Shown: piece by piece, positions 1 through 12,458 of the stretch
Position numbering within the stretch: position 1 is the stretch's first letter
Layout of the letters: each line of letters opens with the position of its first letter
From: Octopus bimaculoides
Taxonomy: Eukaryota
DNA length: 64,000 bases
Reading direction: 5' to 3'
NCBI RefSeq assembly: GCF_001194135.2
Contig: NC_068981.1
Location: 95,127,618 to 95,191,617, forward strand
The notes under the pieces: generated by a model
Databases searched by the model: none
Told to the model about the DNA's origin: nothing
Seen by the model: the letters and a program-made list of their open reading frames with translations, nothing else
Position numbers and translations under genes: made by a program

Positions 1-2580
1 TAAGTACTTCAAATATAAATGTAGTTTTGTAACTGAAAAGTATCACAGTGGAGAGTAGACATGTACAGTAGAATAGAAATGGTCTTTGACATGTACAGCA
101 GAAGAGAAATGTTCTTTCATATCTTTCTATGAAGAACTGAACTTCAAATTCATATCTAATGCTAAGTGCTTGATTATTATTATTAGTAGTAGTAGTAGCA
201 ATAAAGGATATGGTTTAGATATATATAAGATGAAAAATCTGTAAATACTGAAGTGAATCATCGATTAGCCTCTTACATTGGACAGTAAATCTGAGATACT
301 CAACAACTGTCCTAAGATATATTGAAGTTGACAAGAGCATTTGTTAAAATACTGAGCTAACAATATCAACAAATGGGATTTTTGCCCTTTCAACACACAA
401 GTTTACGATTACCAGAATGCTAGTTTAGATCGTAAAAAAAAATTTGGAATTTGTATTTTAACCAAGACTAAAAGAATCATCAATCCTGCTCCTGTATTGA
501 ATTGAATAATAAAAACAGGTATCCTCTAAACTACTATAAATGTACTTTTAGTTCTCAGAAGGCTTTGTTTCCGATAATATCTCTATCAGTAAAGAAAACG
601 TGAGAAGCAGTAGTAAGGAATTTATTAATGCAGTGAATGAAAATATAATTGTTTATTACATATTCTTAAAATACCAAATTTGATTAAGCAGGGTACAATC
701 GAATCGAAGTTAAATTTTAATGTGATGACACATTCAAAGTCGGGTGGGATACAAGATTTTAATGATTTGGCAATCATCTCTTAGGAAATGCAGAGGAGGG
801 AGAAAATTTGCTGATATTTGAGAAGAGAATGAATAGATACATATACAAACATGAACATTAAGAATACAGCACACACAAATACAGCAATCCAAAGTTGTGA
901 AGGACAGAAGTTGTATAACTTTGAAGTATGATGCAGATATTGAGTATATAATAATCATTCTTATGTTTCCTTCCTGAAATAACGAATCAGTCACAATATA
1001 CTTCTAAATAAGAAATCATTCTGAAAAAGTAATTGAAAGTAAATGTAACAGAGGAAACGACTTTGGTAAAACAGGAAGGGTCCAATTATGTTTAGATTCC
1101 ATAAATTGCCGTTATTATGTATTTCAAGAATAGTTGAGTTGCAAAGTGATGATGTCAAGGTCTTGAAGAAAGTAGCAACAAGAAGTTGTTTGTACTTCGG
1201 TAACATTTTTAAACAAAATAATTTAGTGGAATTTCTCAGACGCCTATACGAAACTATAAGGATGAGGGTTATGAATCTATCACCAGAATTCTTTTTTAAA
1301 AAATGTAGCTTTTCTAGAATTTCAGTGGAATTTCGTCGACAACAATACGAACAATTAACGGATTATAAATCTATTAGTATTAGCTTCACTAAAATTTCAG
1401 CAGCATCTTAAATCAAATGCTTCAAGGAACGAAAAAAGGAAAATAATTTGTCGATACGGACTTTGCTGGTAAAAAACACACACCACGCATAAAAAAACTC
1501 TAATAACGAAGAAGAAATCACACACAAATAAAGCAATCGAAAGCGAAGAAGTTGGCAAAGACAAAAGTTGTATAACTTTGAAGAGTGATGCAGATGCTGG
1601 GAATTGAGTGTGAAGAGTGATGGAGAGAGAGAGAGAGGGACAGAGATTACAGAGAGGTGGGGGAGGGGGGAAGAATTGTCACCAGTAGCGCTGGGACAGT
1701 TAATTATCGATACTTTATAAAGATATTATAAGCAACACAGATAACTAACACAACATACTATAACTGAAATTCAGAATTTAAGAATCTAAAACATATACAG
1801 TAAAGAATGGATAGAAACAGTTCTTAAGAATAGAAATTTGTATTAAAATACTTACATGAGACAACTCTACGATCATACGTGTATTTATATATTTATATAT
1901 ACATAAATATTTTGTGTATATATTTCAAATAAACATATATGCGGGCTGAGTATTTTTTTTTTCTTTTAAAAAAATATGTTGAATTTTTGTTAGAGAAATT
2001 CGTTCATGTCAAATCACAGCAGCCGTCTATTTAATAAGGTTGATATTGGAGAGAATTACGGCGTCTAGTCTAAGCAGAACACTTAATATGGCGATGCGGC
2101 TGACGTACCGGATGTGATGGCAAGGAGGCAGGGGTGTTGACTTATATGTTAGAAGAACATCTATGTGTCCGTGAGCTGTGAGTGACGTATACGTACAAAC
2201 ATATATATATATATTTTCTATAACACAGCAAGGGAAAGAAAAAGGGGGAGAAAGCGAGATGGCTATATCGAATGAGATAAAGCCAACGATTACTGCAAAC
2301 AAACGTATAACTGTTATTTACACGCGGGTCAATTATTACTATTTTCTCCTTAATGGACACACACACACACGCACACACACACACGCACACACACGCGCAC
2401 ACACACACATACACATACACGTGTATTTTATATACATACATGCATCATAAAGACTTACATACATGCATACATATACTCACATAATAACAATGAAAAATTT
2501 TGAGTACGGCATTCAGTACATCATCCTTTAGCTTTCTACACACACACATCACACACAAACACAGACACACACAGACACAG

Positions 2581-2612
<32 letters not shown>

Positions 2613-3400
2613 AAACACACACACACACACACATGCATATGGTTTCGGGTTCAGCCTCACCGTACCATACCTTGGACACGTATTCTACTATAGCACTGAG
2701 GACGACAGAAGCCTGGTAAGTGAATGTGAAAGACGGTACATATGCAGAAACTAGTCATATATACATACACATATATATTTACATACACACACGCGCGCGC
2801 GCACACACACACGAACGCATACACACAGACATACAGACGCACAAACACACGCACACGCATGCACACACACACAGACACACAGACACACACACACACACAC
2901 ACACACACAAGGTTTCATTTAGTTTCCGTCTACCAAATCCACTTATGTGGGTTTGGTGGATTTGGTTGACAAAAACTGAAAGAAGCCCAGTGTGTGCGTC
3001 TTTGTGTCTGTGTTTGTCCCCAACCGGTGTTGGTGTGTTTACATTTAAACACCAATTCTCCAGTCATCTTCCGCCACGGACTCACACTCAACACGGAGGC
3101 CTACATCAAGTTTTTGTGATATTTCTGCTGCTTTTCAATAAAGTATATTTATATATATATATATATATGCATATACATAGCTGTANNNNNNNNNNNNNNN
3201 NNNNNNNNNNNNNNNNNNNNNNNNNNNNNNNNNNNNNNNNNNNNNNNNNNNNNNNNNNNNNNNNNNNNNNNNNNNNNNNNNNNNNNNNNNNNNNNNNNNN
3301 NNNNNNNNNNNNNNNNNNNNNNNNNNNNNNNNNNNNNNNNNNNNNNNNNNNNNNNNNNNNNNNNNNNNNNNNNNNNTATACATGTGTGTGTGTGTGTATA

Positions 3401-3684
3401 AAGCCGCTGTCCCTGGTGATGAGGATTGGACTGCAAAAGTGTGTCGGCTCCACGTAAAAAGCACTCGTGCCGCGTCACGTAAAAGCGTTCGTACAGAGCC
3501 ATGTGAAAGCACCTAGCATCTGTAAAGTGGTTGACGTTAGGAAAGGCATCAAGGCATAGACACCATACCAAATCAGACGGGAGACTGGCGCAGCTCACCA
3601 GCTTGCTAGCTATGGTCAAGCCATTCAACCCACGCCAGCATGGACAATGGACGTTAAATGATGATGATGATGATGATGATGATG
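3401..3684 (+). mobile_element. RTE-type LINE/SINE 3' end with (ATG)n tail
   Basis: GTAAAGTGGTTGACGTTAGGAAAGGCATC...CAGCATGGACAATGGACGTTAAATGATGATG is a typical RTE-clade 3' UTR ending in a trinucleotide tail. Confidence 0.6.
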
Positions 3685-3947
3685 CTGGTGTGTGTATGTG
3701 TGTATAAGTGTCTGTACATGAGTATGTGTGTGCGCATCCGAGTCAGATATTTATTATAAGGCGACAGTTACATCGAAGTTAGTTTGTTAACCGAAGCTGG
3801 GCGAAGCTTAAAACGAAGTTCGTTTTCTTACTACTCGAGTTTCACGACTCTGCGATCTTTAGACTACAATTACAAGGGCGTGAAACTAGTTGTGAGGGAA
3901 AATAATTACATTATATATATATATATATATATATATACGTACATATA

Positions 3948-5167
3948 CAGGGTACAATGGGTAAATTGTCGCCATTTTATAGTTTTGATTTCGCGCATGC
4001 ACATTGTTTAATTTTGATTTTGTCGACTACACAGTATAGTAGGGTCAGTTGGGCACCATCTCTGAGGAAAACGGTATTATGACGCAATTTGCCAGAAATT
4101 TGGAGACGACATGCTGTGCTGCTTGGTATTCGCTCCAATACAAACATTTCAGAGTGTTTGGGTATCAATCTGAGGGCAGTGCTGAGGATTCAGAAAGAAT
4201 TGGATGAGTCTAATGGCGATTACGAAAGTACGGCAGCTTGAAAAACTCATTCTGGTAAGAAAAGAACTCTTGAATTTGTTGTTGAGATCCAGGCCATAAT
4301 TGACAACGATCGCTACAAGTTAATCAGGTCCATCGCCAGGGACGGGGGAGTGTCTGCGCTTCTTATTATACAAGATGAGAAAATGTCAATTCTTATCCCA
4401 AGCCATCAAGAACAAGAAGAAAAGCCGCGCTACGAAGCTTTTAAACAATCTTAAGCATCCCCTCCGATCGCATATGCTTTGATTTTTCTCAGACGAGAAA
4501 TCAGATAGTGAACACACAGAGTTACCGTTGGCTTCCCGTGTCTCCAAAACATGAACCGAAAGTGATAAAAATCAAACATCTAGTCAACATCATGGTGTTT
4601 GGAGTGATCACTTGTGAATGCGACGTTATGTCTCCAGTCATCTTCCGCCACGGACTCACACTCAACACGGAGGCCTACATCAAGTGCCTGGGGAAAGTAA
4701 TGTCGCCCTGGGTCAAGTGGATAGCTATCGGAAGATCCTGTATCTGGCGACAGGACTCTGCGCCATGCCACACATGCAGGAGAACCCAGTCATGGCTGTC
4801 AGACAATTTATGTGACCACTAACACTCCTAACATCTGGCCACCTAACTCCCCAGACTGCAACACCCTTGATTATTATGTGTGTGGCTCAGTTGAGCAAGA
4901 GACCAACAAAATTCCTTGTAACACCAAAAATGAACTGATGGCAAGGATTATGGCAGCATTCACCAACTTAAACATGGAGACCGTCCAGAAGAGTTGCAGG
5001 AGATTCCGAAGTTGTTTGGAGGCCGTGGTTGAAGCCAATAGGATATTTTATTGAATAAATTTACTCTTTAGTATTTAAAGATATTTTTCAGTAATTTTGG
5101 TAAATATATCTGTTAAAATGAGATGTCAGTATTTTTTAAATTTTTGCGAGATTTAGACGACACCCTG
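3948..5167 (+). mobile_element. Tc1/mariner-superfamily DD37D (maT/mori-type) DNA transposon, degenerate
   Basis: TA|CAGGGT...ACCCTG|TA termini, about 1220 bp. Transposase pieces at 4508-5054 include MVFGVI, WRQDSAPCH and WPPNSPDCNTLDYYV, with 37 residues between the 2nd and 3rd Asp after one frameshift. Confidence 0.85.
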
Positions 5168-5225
5168 TAAATTATGAATGTGTAAATACATAGAATAACT
5201 ATGTAATGTAATATATTGACTGAAT

Positions 5226-5670
5226 TAAGGCGGCGAGATGGCAGAAACGTTAGCACGCCGGGAGAAATGTTTAGCGGCAGTTCATCCGTCTTTACGTTCT
5301 GAGTTCAAATTCTGCCGAGGTCAACTCTGCCTTTCATCCTTTCGGGATCGATAAACTAAGTACTAGTTGCATACTGGGGTCACTCTAATCGACTGGCCCT
5401 CTCCCCAAAATTTCGGGCCTTGTGTCTAGAGTAGAAAAGACAATATTAACTGAATTTAACGCGGCGAGTTGGTAGGATCATTAACGCTCTGGACAAAATA
5501 GTAAGCGACATTTCGTCCGTCTTTACGTTCTGCTATCAGATTCCGTCGAGGTCGTCCATGCCTTTCACCCTTTTGGTGTCGATAAAATAAGTGCCAGTTG
5601 TGTATTGGGGTTTGTGTAATCGATTTACCTCTTCTCTGAAATTGTTGACCACGTGCCAAAATTTGAAACC
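5226..5670 (+). mobile_element. Two tandem copies of tRNA-derived SINE family B (GGCGGCGAGCTGGCAGAA head)
   Basis: A-box GGCAGAAACG, B-box GAGTTCAAATTC, and the conserved GCCTTTCATCCTTTCGGG.TCGATAAA.TAAGTAC domain. Confidence 0.8.
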
Positions 5671-5821
5671 ATAGTCACAAAGCCACATGTTCCACTGCAG
5701 TTCAAACTGGAATCTTAGTGGCGCACCAATTAGAGCACTCAGAGCCTATATATATTAGTTTGAGTCACTCTGACGTAAGCTCCTCGTATCTTATACATAC
5801 ATACAATACATACATACATAC

Positions 5822-5973
5822 GTGACTGTGTGGTAAGAAGCTTCCTTCTCAACCATATGGTTCCGGATTCAGTGACACTGCGTGGCATCTAGGGAAAGTG
5901 CCTTATACTATAGCCTCGGGCCGATCAAAGCCTTGTGAGTGGATTTGGTTGATGGAAACTGAAAGAAGCCTGT

Positions 5974-6017
<44 letters not shown>

Positions 6018-6237
6018 TGTATGTCTGTGTTTGTCCCCACCAACATCGCTTGACAACTGATGCCGGTGTGTTTATGTCCCCGTCACTTAGCGGTTCGGCA
6101 AAAAGAAACCGATAGAATAAGTACTAGGCTTCCAAAGAATAAGTCCTGGGGTTGATTTGCTCGACTAAAGGCGGTGCTCCAGCATGGCCGCAGTCAAATG
6201 ACTGAAACAAATTAAAGAGTAAAGAGTAAAGAGTAAA
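5822..6237 (+). mobile_element. Bipartite tRNA-derived SINE family A with internal (TA)n/(TG)n
   Basis: Head TGTGTGGTAAGAAGC...GGTTCCGGATTCAGT...GAAACTGAAAGAAGCC, then microsatellite, then tail ...GCATGGCCGCAGTCAAATGACTGAAAC(AAAGAGT)n. Matches the copies at 12024 and 58966. Confidence 0.85.
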
Positions 6238-6280
6238 TGTGTAGTGGCTAGCGATCTATCATGGCGAACATAAATATATA

Positions 6281-7065
6281 TGTAACGATGAAATTAATTA
6301 GTAAACAATATGAGATACCGGCATTGTAATCAGTGTGTAAGGATTGGTTCTTCGTTGATTGCCATTTTGTAAAGATGAAGGAACAGTTTTAAGGAAATAT
6401 TTACTTCTACCAGTTACATTATACAATACCTTGCCTCGACGGACAAGTGATAAAATCCTAGAGCATGCGAAGTAAAAAAGTTAATTTCGGCCTGTGTGTT
6501 CGTATTGTAGTAGTAAACCATAGAGAGAGATATGGTAATGTGCAGAGAAGACAAAGTGAGTTAGTGAACGTGAGAGAGTGTGGGAAGATGGGTCTCATAG
6601 CTGCTGACAGTAAATTTCATTTCTCCATTTGACCATTGTCTTTAGTAGCTGCCTTGCTTTGGATCGTGATTCTAGCGTTCCGCTCCCTAACTGATGGTAG
6701 CTGTCTCTGACTCGAGTTTGTCATTCATTAACAAACTGATTGAGTTGTCACGAGCCGACTAACTGAGTTTTCATCAAGTCACTAACTGATTTTTGCTTGG
6801 GGGTTCTTGTTTTTATAACTATCTAGAAGGATCGTTGGGCTTCGTTAGTGGTACTGTGATATCTCTATTCTAGCTTTTGGTGAAATAGAAAAGGTTAGCA
6901 GAATCAAGTGGTGAAGACATTATTTCGACCTATTTAAGGCAATCTGGCAAATGTAAAACTGCTGTCACAGAAAAACTATTGTTTTACCGTGAGAAAAATT
7001 TCGTTGAACTGTTAATTTAAATTTGGCCATGGTGAATCGAATCCACTTCATGCTTGCAAGATTCA

Positions 7066-7068
<3 letters not shown>
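6281..7068 (+). mobile_element. Interspersed repeat, probably a solo LTR (copy 1)
   Basis: Begins TGTAACGATG after (TA)n and ends in (CA)n. About 85% identical by eye to the reverse complement of 20367-21296. Confidence 0.6.
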
Positions 7069-7133
<65 letters not shown>

Positions 7134-7230
7134 TAGGTTTAAGGCTTATAAGCAATCACCGTGCGTTGACTAAGGTAAATAGTGTGTGGCGCACACTCGA
7201 GTGAAATTCCTCTCTCTTTTATTATATATA

Positions 7231-8106
7231 TGTACATTCGAACGTAACAGAAAACAGCTAGCCTTTGACCGCTATTTGCACCCCGTTGTATCCACTGTTC
7301 TGATTGGTTGGTCTTGGCACAATTTGTCTCTTACACTGTCGCGCCAATCTGCAGCGTATAACCAATCGGAGCTCTAAATAAGATCAGGTGAAACAGCCTG
7401 TTCTCAACCTCGTTTGAACCTACTGTTCCTTATAAAAATCCAGTCTCTCCTCGTCTCGTGGTCTTTGGTTCCAGACCTTTTATGGTCTAGTCACTGATCA
7501 CACAAGACACAGCCAGTTCCAGCGACAACGCCAGACAACCCGTCCAAAAGCATTACGAACCTCCTTCGTCTTCGTCGCCACCATCATCTTCTTAACGACG
7601 TCAACATCATCTCTGCGTACACAGATCAACAAGCAACTCGCACAGGTTCCAATACTGCACTGTTTGTGAATTACTTCACCATGGGTTAACAGCAAATACA
7701 ACCGGCGAGAACTCCTGTACCAAGTGATCCAGGCAGCAACGTTACAGCCACATCTTCGTACGACATGTACCGCAACTCCGGCTCCGCATCATCGCCGCAA
7801 CTTCTTGATACAGCATTTCAACTACCGTGTACAATTGACTACAAACTGATATTTCTCATTCTTGTGTCTATGAATATTCATCTAATTTCTCATTATAGAC
7901 CCTTTCACTTCCTTCCTCATTGCTGTTCTTATGTGTACTTAACGCACACGCATACAGCCACGCCTATACACACATACACTTTGTTCTCATGACGGCCGGT
8001 CTATTATTCTGTATACATGACGCACACAATGACACACGTTAACATATCAATAAATCTTCTCTTCAACACCTATTCAGTTGTGTCTCTCTCTTTCCCCTCT
8101 GGTACA
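7231..8106 (+). mobile_element. Solo LTR (Gypsy-type), 876 bp
   Basis: TGTAC...GTACA termini, TATA 4-bp TSD (7227-7230, 8107-8110), CCAAT boxes near 7300-7365, TATAAAA at 7431 and AATAAA at 8049. Confidence 0.75.
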
Positions 8107-8189
8107 TATATGTATTAATCCAGCCTTCTGAACAGAGTCGTTATTAGATGGTTTCATCACGTGAGACCGTGACCATCTAAAACTCTAAT

Positions 8190-9302
8190 ATCGGGGCATA
8201 TAAGCCCTTGATGGAAAAAAGTAGGGTTTCCCGTACACTGAATCTCGATTTTTTTTTCTATATTTCTTTTAGTTTTCAAAATAAAGATCAGCAAATTTCT
8301 TTTTTAATCTAAAATATACTCTCTTTCATTTTCTACAATGCTCTTCCATCTATTTGTTAGACTTGCAAGAACCCTCTTCCAAAATTCACTTGTCCGTGAC
8401 GAAAAATATTCCCCCAGTACTGTTCTGACTTCGCCTGCAGAATTCATATTGCTTCCGTCTAAATGATTTTGAAGACTGCGGAATAAATGATAACCAGATG
8501 GGGCAATCTCCGGCGAATATGGTAGATGGGATATCGTTTCCCATTTTTCTTATAGCGCTGACTAAAGCCGCTCGTAGTAGATCTCCTTTGTTAACGTTTG
8601 GTTTGGGTTTAAAAGTTCAAAGTGGACTAAACCTTTCATATTTCACCAAACAGATAACAACACCTTACATGGGTGAAGACCTTCTTTAGCCTGGGGTGCC
8701 GATGTTTCTCCTTTCCCTACCCACCGTCTTCGGCGCTTGGCATTTTTATAGAGAACTCATTTCTTGTCACCAGTCACTATTCGGTGAGATGTGACAGCAA
8801 AAAAGAGCACACATTCACTCTCTGCGCGCGATTAGGCTCGGAAAGTTTGTGAAGAACCCATTGACCCGATTTGCTGACTTTCCGAAGGCACACAGGTGTC
8901 GATGAATGATTGAATGACCAAATCCAAGCTTCTCTGATAGTTTCTCAACAGTTACCTTGGGATTTTGTTTCACTTGGGTTTGGAGGACGTCCTCGTCGAG
9001 CTCTACAGATCTTCCAGGATGAGGCTCGTCTTCTATGCCGTAGTTTCCGGCTTGGAATTTCTGGAGTCACCGTTGACACTGGCTTACGCTTATTGTCCAA
9101 TCCCCATACACGCACTAATATTCCTCGTACTTTCCGTTGCGTTGTTGCCTTTATTGAACTCATATGCTCCTTTGTCACTTCCATTATAGCTTTGAAAAAA
9201 TAACAGTTAAAATCGAACTGCACTCTAGTTTATCCCGTTCCTTCCGACTTTTTGTTCATGCAATTGAAAAAAAACCCGCATTATTTATGGGATGACCCAA
9301 TA
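8190..9302 (-). mobile_element. Degenerate mariner element
   Basis: Minus-strand transposase relic from 9184 (MEVTKEH..., FKAGNYGIEDEPHPGRSVELDEDVL, KVTVEKLSEKLGFGHSIIHRHL). Right TIR TTATGGGATGACCCAATA; left TIR is decayed. Confidence 0.75.
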
Positions 9303-10761
9303 TAATAGTGTCTTACAAGTGTTTCTGGGATATCTCAGGTAATAGATCAATGTGTCGATCCACATTTCCATATACTAGGTATGGAATAGCCCAGAAACAG
9401 CTGTAAGACACTGTAGGAAAGTGGTCATACACCATTAGGTGTATACCCGCTTCCGTACATTAAATTTCTTGAAGAAACAACGGAACGCAGATTCTGAACT
9501 ATCAACACAATATTTATTTACAGAGGAAATAGGCAGCACTTCGCCCTTTGGTTGCAGAGACGCCGTCAATGATGTTGGGTGGTTATTTGTCTAGCTCCAG
9601 AGCTGGAATGTTGGAGAGAGCTGTCTCCAGAGAAGGAACGTTGGAGAGGGACTGCTTGTACGTCTGGGCCCTTCGTCTGCCGGCGAGAAAAGAGAATGAA
9701 TAAGGGCGCGAAACTTGGATGTCGAATGACCACGCATTCGCACGAGACTCTTCCTATATTCCTTCCGGAACTAGTCCCTGCGCATGCGTGGATAAACTTT
9801 CCGGAATGTCTGCTATTAAGGCGTCACTACATGGCTCCCCCGCGAGTGCCGAAAGCACGAAAATAGAAAATTTGGAGGGACGCCTGAGGCAAGATGGCCA
9901 CCGAAACCATCCACAAGATGTGGCACAAACACACACAAAGAAAATCAAAGAAATGAATGTACACTTGTGAGATACATGCATGCAATGTACAAATGAATTG
10001 ACAATGACAAAACAACCGTGATGACAACTGCCCAGGAAACTGGAATCACGCGATGTAAAAGTCTGATTTTTTGTTTTTTTTCTGAGAGGAAAGAAAATAT
10101 ATGAGTGCACAAGTGTGTGTGTGTGAGAGAGAAAAACACAGAACAGTAAAAGTGTCTGTAACATAGACTGTGAAAAGTCTTAAAACACTGAGATAGAGAA
10201 AACCAGTTCGTATTAAAATTCCACAAGGAGATAGAATGTCCATACGCAGGAAGTTGCGGTCAAGGAGCAGAGCTGTAGTTGAGCGTCGATGCTGGCTGGG
10301 ACCTGTGCTACCTGGTACGGAATATTCTATAAAAGTTACACAAGGAGATTTAGAATGTTCATACGCAGGAAGTTGCGTATGACGTGTGTTACCTGGTACT
10401 GAATATTCTGGCTGGTCTGTTGATCGTGAGTGGAAACATCCACTCTAACAGGGTCGAGATAAAACCGCGCTTGTTGATGTTGGTTGCTTGTGTACGTGTA
10501 GAAGTCATGTTGACGATGTTGGGAATGCTGGTAGTACGTAGAGTCGTGTTGCTGTTGGCGACGTCGGGGGCGATGCTTGTAGTCTGGGCCCTTCGCCGGC
10601 CGGCGAGAAAAGAGAATGAATAAGGGCGCGAAACTTGGATGTCGAATGACCACGCATGCGCACGAGACTCTTCCTGTATTCCTTCCGGAACTAGTCCCTG
10701 CGCATGCGTGGATAAGCTTTCTGGAATGTCTGCTATAAAGGCGTCACTACAACACTATTAT
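9301..10761. mobile_element. Small palindromic MITE (about 120 bp) split by an LTR insertion
   Basis: Left arm TATAATAGTGTCTTACAAGTGTTTCTGGG (9301). The right arm CCCAGAAACAGCTGTAAGACAC (to 9411) plus TATTATA (10756-) is restored when 9412-10755 is removed. Confidence 0.7.
9412..10751 (-). mobile_element. Non-autonomous, internally deleted LTR element
   Basis: TGTAG...CTACA termini and ACAC TSD. A 170-bp direct repeat lies at 9661-9831 and 10582-10751 (7 differences). On the minus strand, a PPT-like GGGGGAG precedes the 9831-9412 LTR, which contains AATAAA. Confidence 0.75.
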
Positions 10762-11462
10762 ATTATTTCAATTTTATTTTTGCTTACTTCGCTTCACTAT
10801 TAAACTAATTTAAATGAACTGATAAGATTGTCCTGCCTTTTGTTTTCCTCTACTTTAAATTATATATATNNNNNNNNNNNNNNNNNNNNNNNNNNNNNNN
10901 NNNATATATATATATATAATAGTCAACCAAGTGTGGCGTCCTATACGGGACAGTGCTACTGACGTTTAGTTCGACTAAAAATTCTCCAAGGCGTAACTGC
11001 AGTCTAATGACTGAAACAAGTGAAACATGAAGACACACATTCGGGGATGCGCGCACACACACATACACACACGTACCGACACATAAGCGCGCCAGCACAC
11101 ACGCACGCGCTATTACCTTAACGACGTGTTAAACATTATGTTCGTTTTAACTTAATTTTAACAACTCTTTATAAAGGAGTTGAAGTTCTAGAATTAATTT
11201 CATAAACAGTATTTAACTCTCATTGAACTACTTGGAGAAAGTTTGAAGCTTTTCGTATCATTAAAGGAACACATTACATTAATTAGCGAAAAAATTTGAA
11301 TGAATTGATAATTAAATGAAAACAATTTTATGTTCAGTTGCTAATACATTTACTTCTTAATGCTGTTTACGTTTCACTATCAAGCATTACAGACTAAAAA
11401 TGTGAAATTAAGTGATTGAACCACAATAAACGAAAATTTCATCGTTATTACTATTTCATACG

Positions 11463-11675
11463 TTAAGGCGGTGAGCTGGCAGAATCGTTAGCACGCCGGG
11501 CGAAATGCTTATCTTCTGAGTTCAAATTCCGCCGAGGTTGACTTAGCCTTTCATCCTTTCGGGATCGATTAAATAAGTACCAGTTACGCACTAGAGTCGA
11601 TGTAATCGACTTAATCCCTTTGTCTGTCCTTGTTTGTTCTCTCTATGTTTATCCCCCTGTGGGTAATAAATAAAT
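11463..11675 (+). mobile_element. SINE family B
   Basis: TTAAGGCGGTGAGCTGGCAGAATCGTTAGCACGCCGGG head with an internal deletion, B-box GAGTTCAAATTCC, and ...CCCTGTGGGTAATAAA tail. Confidence 0.85.
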
Positions 11676-12023
11676 ATTTATAGAACTATAATTAAAGATT
11701 CGCCAGTTGCCTTAGTAACCTATTTTCACATATACATACACTCACATAATACAAACATAACATGCAGATACGTTCATACTACATATATACATGCCTATAT
11801 GCTCGTGCGTGCACACACATACACACTTCTCCACCGTTACCAACGATGCTGTGTTTTGCGGAGGAGTCAGCATCAGGAACCACAAGTTCTTACATTTGTG
11901 GGAAACACATACGTCAGGGGTCGGGGAACTTTTTGAACTAATTACCCCAAAATATATTTATTTACGCCGACGTTACCCTTTGGATTTGAAAGAAAGAAAA
12001 TTATAGACTCTTTGAATTCAAAA

Positions 12024-12183
12024 GGTAGTGGCTGTGTGGTAAGAAGCTTGCTTACCAGCCACATGGTTCCGGGTTCAGTCCCACTGCGTGGCACCTTGGG
12101 CAAATGTTTTCTACTATAGCCTCGGGCCGACCAAAGCCTTGTGAGTGGATTTGGTAGACGGAAACTGAAAGAAGCCCGTCGTA

Positions 12184-12244
<61 letters not shown>

Positions 12245-12458
12245 TTGTGTGTCTGTGTTTGTCCTCCTAGCATTGCTTGACAACCGATGCTGGTGTGTTT
12301 ATGTCCCCGTCACTTAGCGGTTCGGCAAAAAGAAACCGATAGAATAAGTACTAGGCTCACAAAGAATAAGTCCCGGGGTCGATTTGCTCGACTAAAGGCG
12401 GTGCCCCAGCATGGCCGCAGTCAAATGACTGAAACAAGTAAAAGAGTAAACGAGTAAG
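12024..12458 (+). mobile_element. SINE family A (near full length)
   Basis: GGCTGTGTGGTAAGAAGCTTGCTTACC...GGTTCCGGGTTCAGTCCC head, (TA)n(TG)n centre and conserved tail. Confidence 0.9.

Noticed and set aside
2040-2200. GC-richer island with AATATGGCG (YY1-like start context)
   Set aside because: All frames close within a few codons and no splice structure is evident.
2142-3628. Long His/Thr-, Cys/Val- or Tyr/Ile-rich ORFs (also 13740-14533, 30296-30812, 47102-47409, 53439-53645, 60998-61742)
   Set aside because: These are translations of (CA)n, (TA)n or (TATG)n microsatellites.
9832-9846. tRNA-Asp primer-binding site after the LTR on the plus strand
   Set aside because: Only 9 nt match (TGGCTCCCC). 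The minus-strand reading as a polypurine tract, with AATAAA in the LTR, fits better.
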